DNA of 64,000 nt from NCBI GenBank assembly GCA_054600435.1, contig BAAIJX010000022.1, positions 310,001-374,000 of the forward strand, in the 5' to 3' direction. Position numbers and translations under genes: made by a program. The notes below the pieces were generated by a model, which was given only the letters and a program-made list of their open reading frames with translations, was not told the origin of the DNA and searched no databases. The DNA comes from Neophaeotheca triangularis. Lineage: Eukaryota. Below are positions 57,393-64,000 of this stretch, piece after piece (within the stretch, counting starts at the first letter, position 1; each line of letters starts with the position of its first letter).

Positions 57393-58142
57393 GAGGCCGG
57401 TTATGCTGTGGCCAAGGGCCACGGTGTCGGGTGCCAGCGTTGCCAGCGTCGCCAACAGAGGAATTGCGAACCTATGGGAAGCTCCGCAGCCGTCATCAGG
57501 CAAGCATATGTACCATAGCTTGCCTTATCCAGTATATGGGTAGACATGAGCTGGCTTCTCCATTCTAGGTATGCCTCCTCTGCTTCATCCGGCTTGATTG
57601 TATGCGAACATGAGGTGTCATCCTACCTTGAGGTGCCTCATCTGTCTACCCGACAGTACCTACTGCCTACCTCCTTACCTAGGTAAGGTATCTACGAGAT
57701 CCATGAACAAGACGATTGCGGGATGGACGCGACGTTAGAAAGCGGCTCCACTTTCCTCATCGCACCAGTCCGACCGAACAACCGTGGGAAACCCCACACT
57801 CGAGCCCCCCCGGGGCCAGGTATATCCGAGCCAAGCGCTTATCGACGGCCTTTAAGAGGTGTACCCAGGTAGCCCAGGGAGGAAGGATACCACGACATGG
57901 AACAATTCATTGGAAGCTTCCATTCCTACCATCACCTGCTCTTGACATATTGTGACCAAAGTCGAACCGGCATCGAATGTCAGCTGCTCCTCCTATTACC
58001 TAAAAAGCGTAATCCATACACCGCCGTTGAACAATATAAGTCCTACAAGAGGTCCTCCTTGCTTCCCACAATTTCCTACATCATCATCATTTCCTTGTAT
58101 TTCCTAGACTCCTACTGTCAATTCAAAAAGAGCTTCGCAACC

Positions 58143-59403
58143 ATGGTTCCCGTGCAACATCTCCCCAAGGCAGACTCTCCGGACCTCCACCTCGTGCTCG
58201 CAACCCCAGCCGAGATCCTCCAGCAACTCCACCACAACAGCGAAGAATGGCGCGGCGCCCTATCCCTCGACGCCTACTTGCGACGGGAAGAGGTGCTGGG
58301 TAGCCAAGAACTGACAAAGAATGGCGGTCTCACTTCCTGGATGCTTGTGCAGGGCGAGGGCGAAGGCCGGCGTGTGCTGTGTGGGTGCGAGAGTATCAGG
58401 AAGAAGGCGCTAGTGGCTGGGCCTGGAGCTCGGAACGGCGTGGAAGAGGTGGCTTGCCATGGCGTCGCGAGTGTCTTCTGTCCGCATGAATATCGGGGGA
58501 GGGGATATGCCGGACGCATGATGCAGGAGTTGGGGCCGAGACTCAAGGAGTGGGATGCCAGGGGCAAGCGAGTGCTGATGAGTGTGCTGTTTTCTGACAT
58601 TGGCAAGGTAGGGCGCTGCAATCCAAGAGACCACAGGAAAGCGAGTGCTATTCGCTGACATACTACAGACCTTCTACACCAGGCGAGGCTGGCATCCTTT
58701 CCCTTCCTCTCATATAACCCTCTCACCAGCCCCAGCCTCGCACTCGCTCCCAGTGAGCAAACCACTCGGCATAGCCGACCTTGCTCCTTTGTGCATAGAG
58801 GACGAAAAGCTGCTACAAAACCGCCTTTCGAAATCGTCCGCATCCTCGAAAGACAAGACCAACATCGCCATCCTCCCCAACATCGAAACTCTCAAATGGC
58901 ACCACGCGCGCGAGGAATTCGTTATGAACGAGCTAAAATCCGAATACCCCAACCAGACCCCGGGCATCAAGGGCGCCATCATCGGTTCCACGCCCGGCGA
59001 CCGCGTCTGGTGCTACTGGACCCGCGTCTGGGCGAACCCCAACGAAAGCAACGGCAACACGCTGCACATCCTACGGCTCGTCATCGACCAAGAGAGCTTC
59101 GACGACTTCGATCCCGCAGTACCCGATGCTGTGGCCAAATACAGCAAGAACGGCGACGACACTCTGACGAGAAAAGTCGCCAGCCTCTTCCAAGCTGCGC
59201 AAGAGCAGGCCAAGGAGTGGAACATGCGCAGCGTGCAGCTCTGGAACCCTTCGAGTTTGGCACTTGCTGCTGCAAGACTTTTGGAGCCCATGGCTGAGGT
59301 CACGGAGAGGCAGGAGGACAGTATTGCCAGTTTGATGTGGTATGGGGAAGGTGATGAGAAGGGGGTTGAGTGGGTTTGTAACGAGAAGTACGGGTGGTGT
59401 TAG
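58143..59403 (+). CDS. GNAT-family acetyltransferase, lysine acetyltransferase LYC1-like
   Basis: VASVFCPHEYRGRGYAGRMM (motif A); LFSDIGK|TFY...GW across intron 58608-58668; C-terminal WVCNEKYGWC. Confidence 0.88.
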
Positions 59404-61291
59404 TATTCTCCTCTCTTGGGGATGGGGAGCCGTGTCGATGGCTACAAGCGAGGGAATTCGATCTGCTGACGATTGATCTTTTAGCTTGAGGATGCGGGTT
59501 TCGACCTGGATTGCCTTGATCGGGGAGGCCGGCGAGCAATTGCGGGCCGGCATGAGCATGCGCGTAACGATCTCATGCATGTTCATGCGGATGATGGTGG
59601 AGTTAGATCTCAGACACAGGGGAGCACCTTGCAGGCAGCTACAGCACGGTAGGATCCTGTCCGTCGATCATAATATTGCATCTTGGAGAATGATGAGAAA
59701 GGCTGGAAGTGCCCGTCGGAGTTGTACGGCTTTGGCTGTTGGGTTACGATAGCTACAGTAAACGGTTTGATAGATGGGTACATCTGGTAGTCTCCTGAAG
59801 CATCTCCAAGCTATTACAGCTATATTCCTTGTCGGATGAGCCGCTGGTTCTGGCTATTGCGTGCATTGGGACGACTTGTTGGGAGAAGATGAGGAGCGAC
59901 CACACGTACTGTAGCATTATTATGGCAGTAACTATTACATGCATTACCACAGCCATACACTATGATGGATGAGACGTTTGATAACTGCTAGGTAGTATGC
60001 GTAGCAAGCGGAATATCGCTGCCCAGCCGCTTCTGAAGATAAGTAACCCCACCAAGGCAAGATGCAAGTGGCAAGGCAAGACCCTGCCACAGGGCTGGCT
60101 GCGTGGAGGCATCCATGAATCTTGATAAATTGATGCAATAATAATCAATACCTTACCGGGTTGACCGTCCTTGACATTATTAATCACTTGACGAGTCCGA
60201 AAAGTAAGAGCAATTAGTCGGTATCATGCTCTTGAGAAATTTCAGCCGTAATCCTCGATACGTCTAGTGCAAACTGGTCTATTAAGGTAATCGAGTTTGT
60301 TGACATTCATTGATAAAGGCCGCGGCATCACCCATGATGGCCCCTCCAAACGCCCAGGGCCCAGCGGGACAGCGGCGTCCCCGGCGACGACGAGCGTTCT
60401 CTGTGACGGACTTGCTCCACTCCACTCCACTCCGCCGTAGAGATTGTTGTCGCTCCACTCCTGGCAGCGCCGCCGTCGTGGACTCGTGGCTTAGCAGATA
60501 AAATCTACCCGAACCAAACCGTCTACCTAACCGTACAAGGCAGGGCATACACCTCAGTACCTCCTAGCCTCGTGAACTTCGTACTTGTACCCGTGACGGC
60601 AACATCATCGCTAACTTTGAGGCGTCAACTCACAAACAAGTGCACCACACCTCGTGTGTTACCTTACCGTAGTAAACATCATCTCACAGTGGAGATTCAG
60701 GTCCCTTCGCCCCTCGTGCCTACCATACCTACCTTACCCAAATACCGTTAAACCTCAGCCTACTGTAACTTGCTGCGGCTTTAGTGGTATACGCCCTCGC
60801 ACCACCTGCACCACTCGTCGGTGACTCTCGCCCCAGCATTACCCGTATCTTCATTCCTACCAACACCACCACCACCCATTAATTCTCATCATTTCTGCCT
60901 GCCTGCTGCCCCGCGCCTTGAGAGCAGTCGCTTGCACAACTGCCCAGTCGACCTTGTTCAAAACGGCACGTGCGGGACAGGATTGCATACGCAAGCACCG
61001 GCAAGCTTACCACAGCAACCCCCAAACTCTACCAGCTTTTTCCCACGCCATCCTACGCGGCCAGTCGCGCCATCTGCTGCTTGTCTTGTCGTTCGGTCTA
61101 ACACGAAAGCACGTGTGTTTGCTCCGCTGTCTTCTGAGAGCGAACAAGAGACACACACCGCAGTCTCCGCGGTTCAAAATACCAGGCAAACCCACCCCAG
61201 CCTCCACCCGAGCGGCCTCACCTCACCTCTGAGTGGTTTCCTCCCGCCCACCCATCGAGACCCCGCCGCGGGCTCGCACACAGTCGCCAAG

Positions 61292-64000
61292 ATGAGCAAC
61301 AACGACGATGCCGCGATGCAAGACGTCTACCGCAAGATCGACCGCGAAAAGGCCATCATCAAAGCCGCCAACCAGATGCGGCAGGCGAGCAACAACGCCA
61401 GCGTCAACTCGCGCGCCGAAACAAACATTCGCGAAGCGCGCCGCAACATCGCCTACTTTGAGCAGTCGCTAAATGACTTGCAAACGAGGAGACTGGGCGA
61501 TGGCATGGGAAACATGTCCTTGCAAGGCAATGGAGGACCGCCCCCGCCCCCGCAACACGGTGGTTCCGGCGCCGCGCAACCGCCGAGGGGTATGAATAAC
61601 CAGCTGGGATATGACAGCGCTCAGGCGGATTACGGTGCACCTGGACCTGGAGGTTACAGTATGGGTGGTGGACATGGCATGATGCCGCCGCGAGCACCCT
61701 ATGTCCCTAGCCCCGAGGATCGCGCTTCGAAGCCGAAAAACCAATACAGCAAGCTTGGTGAGTACATGTACCAGAGGTAGTATCATCGGAGGTTGACGGG
61801 ACTAACATTACCCAGACCTCATCAAGTCGGACAACCAGCATCTCGGCCCTCGCATACAGCTCATGTTGTCTCAGCTCGAGTTCAAACTGTCGGTGGAAAA
61901 GCAGTACAAAGACGGCATCGAGAAAATGGTCAAGTTGTACCAGATGGAGGGTGATCGTAAGAGTAGAGCGGATGCAGAAGGCAGGCGGATCGAGAGCACG
62001 CAGAAGATTCAGCTGCTTAAGCAAGCGCTACGACGATACGCCGATCTACACGTACCCGACAACGCTGTGGACATTCACGACGACGAGAGCTTGGATACGC
62101 CTAGTCAGAGGAAGCCGTTGAGCGGGCATTTGCAGGTCAAGATATCTGCTGTGGCGGATGTGGACCATGCCGCTGGAGGTAGATTCACACGAGGGCCGGA
62201 GACTTTTGTAATCATGAAGGTCGAGGACGCATTCAAGGGCAGGACTAGAGCAACACGCACCGACAGATGGGAGGGCGAGGTGCACGAGTTTGACGTGGAG
62301 AAGGCTAATGAGATTGAGTTTACTGTTTACGACAAGACTGGTGACCGCCCGGTACCTATTGGACTGCTCTGGATCAGGATAGCGGACATGGTGGATGAGA
62401 TTCGTCGGAAGAGGATCGAGACTGAATTTAATCAGGCGGGATGGATCACGGCGGACAAGATGGGCAACGAAAGCTCTGCGCGGCCAGATTTGCAATTCCA
62501 ACCGCCCCCTGGCTCTCAAGGGATGCCGCAGAGCACTGCTTCGGCCGCTGGGGGACAGCCAGGTTCAGGGCTTACACCGCAGACTGGGCCGATCATGATA
62601 GAGAACTGGTTCACGCTGGAGCCCGTTGGCAGGATCCATCTCACGCTGAGCTTCGCTAAGCAAATCAAGGAGAGGCGGCCATTTGACGTTGGTCTTAACC
62701 GCAAGGGCGCCGTGCGCCAAAAGAAGGAAGACATTGTCGAGCAGTACGGCCACAAGTTTGCCGTTCAGACTTTCTACAACATCATGCGTTGCGCGCTTTG
62801 CGGAGACTTCCTCAAATACACGGCAGGCATGCAGTGCGCCGACTGCAAATATACTTGCCACAAGAACTGCTACCAGAAAGTCGTCACCAAGTGTATCAGC
62901 AAATCCAACGCCGATGTCGATCCGGACGAGGAGAAGATCAACCACCGTATTCCCCACCGCTTCGAGGCTTTCTCCAACATGGGCGCGAACTGGTGCTGCC
63001 ACTGCGGTTACATGTTACCAATCGGACGCCGGCAAGCCCGTAAGTGCTCGGAATGCAAGCTCACCTGCCACGCCAATTGCGTACACTTTGTGCCCGACTT
63101 CTGCGGTATGAGCATGGAAACGGCTACGGAGATCATGACGCAGATCAAGAGCAAGAAGCACAAAGTTCCCATGTCTGAGAAATCGCTACGCCCGCCTAGC
63201 AGCAGGCCTACGCCGCCACCGCAGCAGCAAAGCTTTGCCCCGACACCTTCGCACCAGGACCATGCGCAGATTGTTGACCCCACCAAACCGCAAGATAGAC
63301 CGTTTTCCTATGGCAAAGACCGTCTCAGTGATCAGTATGATCCTTCGCAGGTCAATCGACCGCCTTCGTACGGTCCTTCTGGGGTGGATTCTGCTGGTGC
63401 AGCCAGAGCGAGCATGCAAAGTGCTAGCAGCATGCCATCTTCCCCAGAAGGCCACCGTCCGCCCGTACAACCGCGTACGCAGTCTTCGCAGTCTGCCGCT
63501 CAAGCCGCGGCAAAAGCGCTGTACAGCAAGGGCTCGGCACAAGAGCAAAGGCAACCACCCTACGCTCGCGGTTCAACCGATCACATGTCTGGCCACCAAT
63601 CGAGACCATCCCAGCATCAGTATGATGACGGCTATCGCGACTCGAGGAAGCCTCTACCTTCATCTCCACCCCCTCAACAGCCGGCGTACGATCCTTCAGC
63701 GTATGCGGCTGTCAGCGGGTACCCCACGCAGCAGTCCTACCAACAACAGCAGATGCAACAGCAACACCCTCCACCTCCGCCGCAAGCACAGAAGCCATAC
63801 CAGCCTCAGACGCCTCCTGTTCCTCAAGTTACACCCCCTCAACCCCAGCAATCGCCTCCACCCAAATCTCCGCCCGCTACGACTGTCACGGCACCACCTC
63901 ACGAAGAGCGCAGACCAGCGCCACCCGCGAACAGTCAAGGAACAGGCCGTCGTATAGGACTCGACCATTTCAACTTCCTGGCCGTGCTTGGAAAGGGCAA
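61292..64000 (+). CDS. PKC1: Protein kinase C, truncated at the window end
   Basis: Two HR1 domains ([22 protein letters not shown]), intron 61758-61815, C2, pseudosubstrate RKGAVRQKK, two C1 domains, start of kinase domain [14 protein letters not shown]. Exon 2 is absent from the ORF track because it has no stop in the window. Confidence 0.97.

Noticed and set aside
62683..63957. 143-aa and 240-aa + strand ORFs
   Set aside because: Off-frame overlaps of PKC1 exon 2
1..64000. CRISPR arrays, rRNA, tRNA, mobile elements, secondary-metabolite backbone genes
   Set aside because: None recognisable by eye; tRNAscan-SE and RepeatMasker would be needed to exclude short elements

Overview
Gene-dense, intron-containing chromosomal DNA from a filamentous ascomycete (probably Dothideomycetes, inferred from gene content and short GT-AG introns with CTRAC branch sites). 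I built 27 protein-coding gene models by hand. In order: TBF1-like Myb protein, GILT thiol reductase, hypothetical, NBP35, PflX-like radical SAM enzyme, orphan, GH43, TGL2-like lipase, GH72, YND1 apyrase, class I glutamine amidotransferase, PPS1, PPM2/TYW4-JmjC, ATG18, RDI1, Bqt4-like KilA-N protein, 3-hydroxyisobutyrate dehydrogenase, YdfG/YMR226C-like SDR, ZTA1-like quinone reductase, La-Arb1 fusion, inositol polyphosphate kinase, family III CoA-transferase, GH3, PBR1-like SDR, RBR E3 ligase, LYC1-like GNAT and PKC1 (truncated at the window end). No transposon, rRNA, tRNA or CRISPR was seen. Best leads: (1) a La-motif domain fused to the Argonaute chaperone Arb1; (2) a lipase whose AHSMGG catalytic elbow needs a 10-nt and a 2-nt microexon; (3) an intronic two-guide box C/D snoRNA with two matches to LSU rRNA; (4) NBP35 head-to-head with an orphan radical SAM enzyme; (5) a possible C3/C4 hydroxy-acid or acyl-CoA detoxification neighbourhood; (6) a recurring AGGTAAGGTA/TACCTTACCT intergenic motif. 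All family calls come from motif recognition, not database searches.
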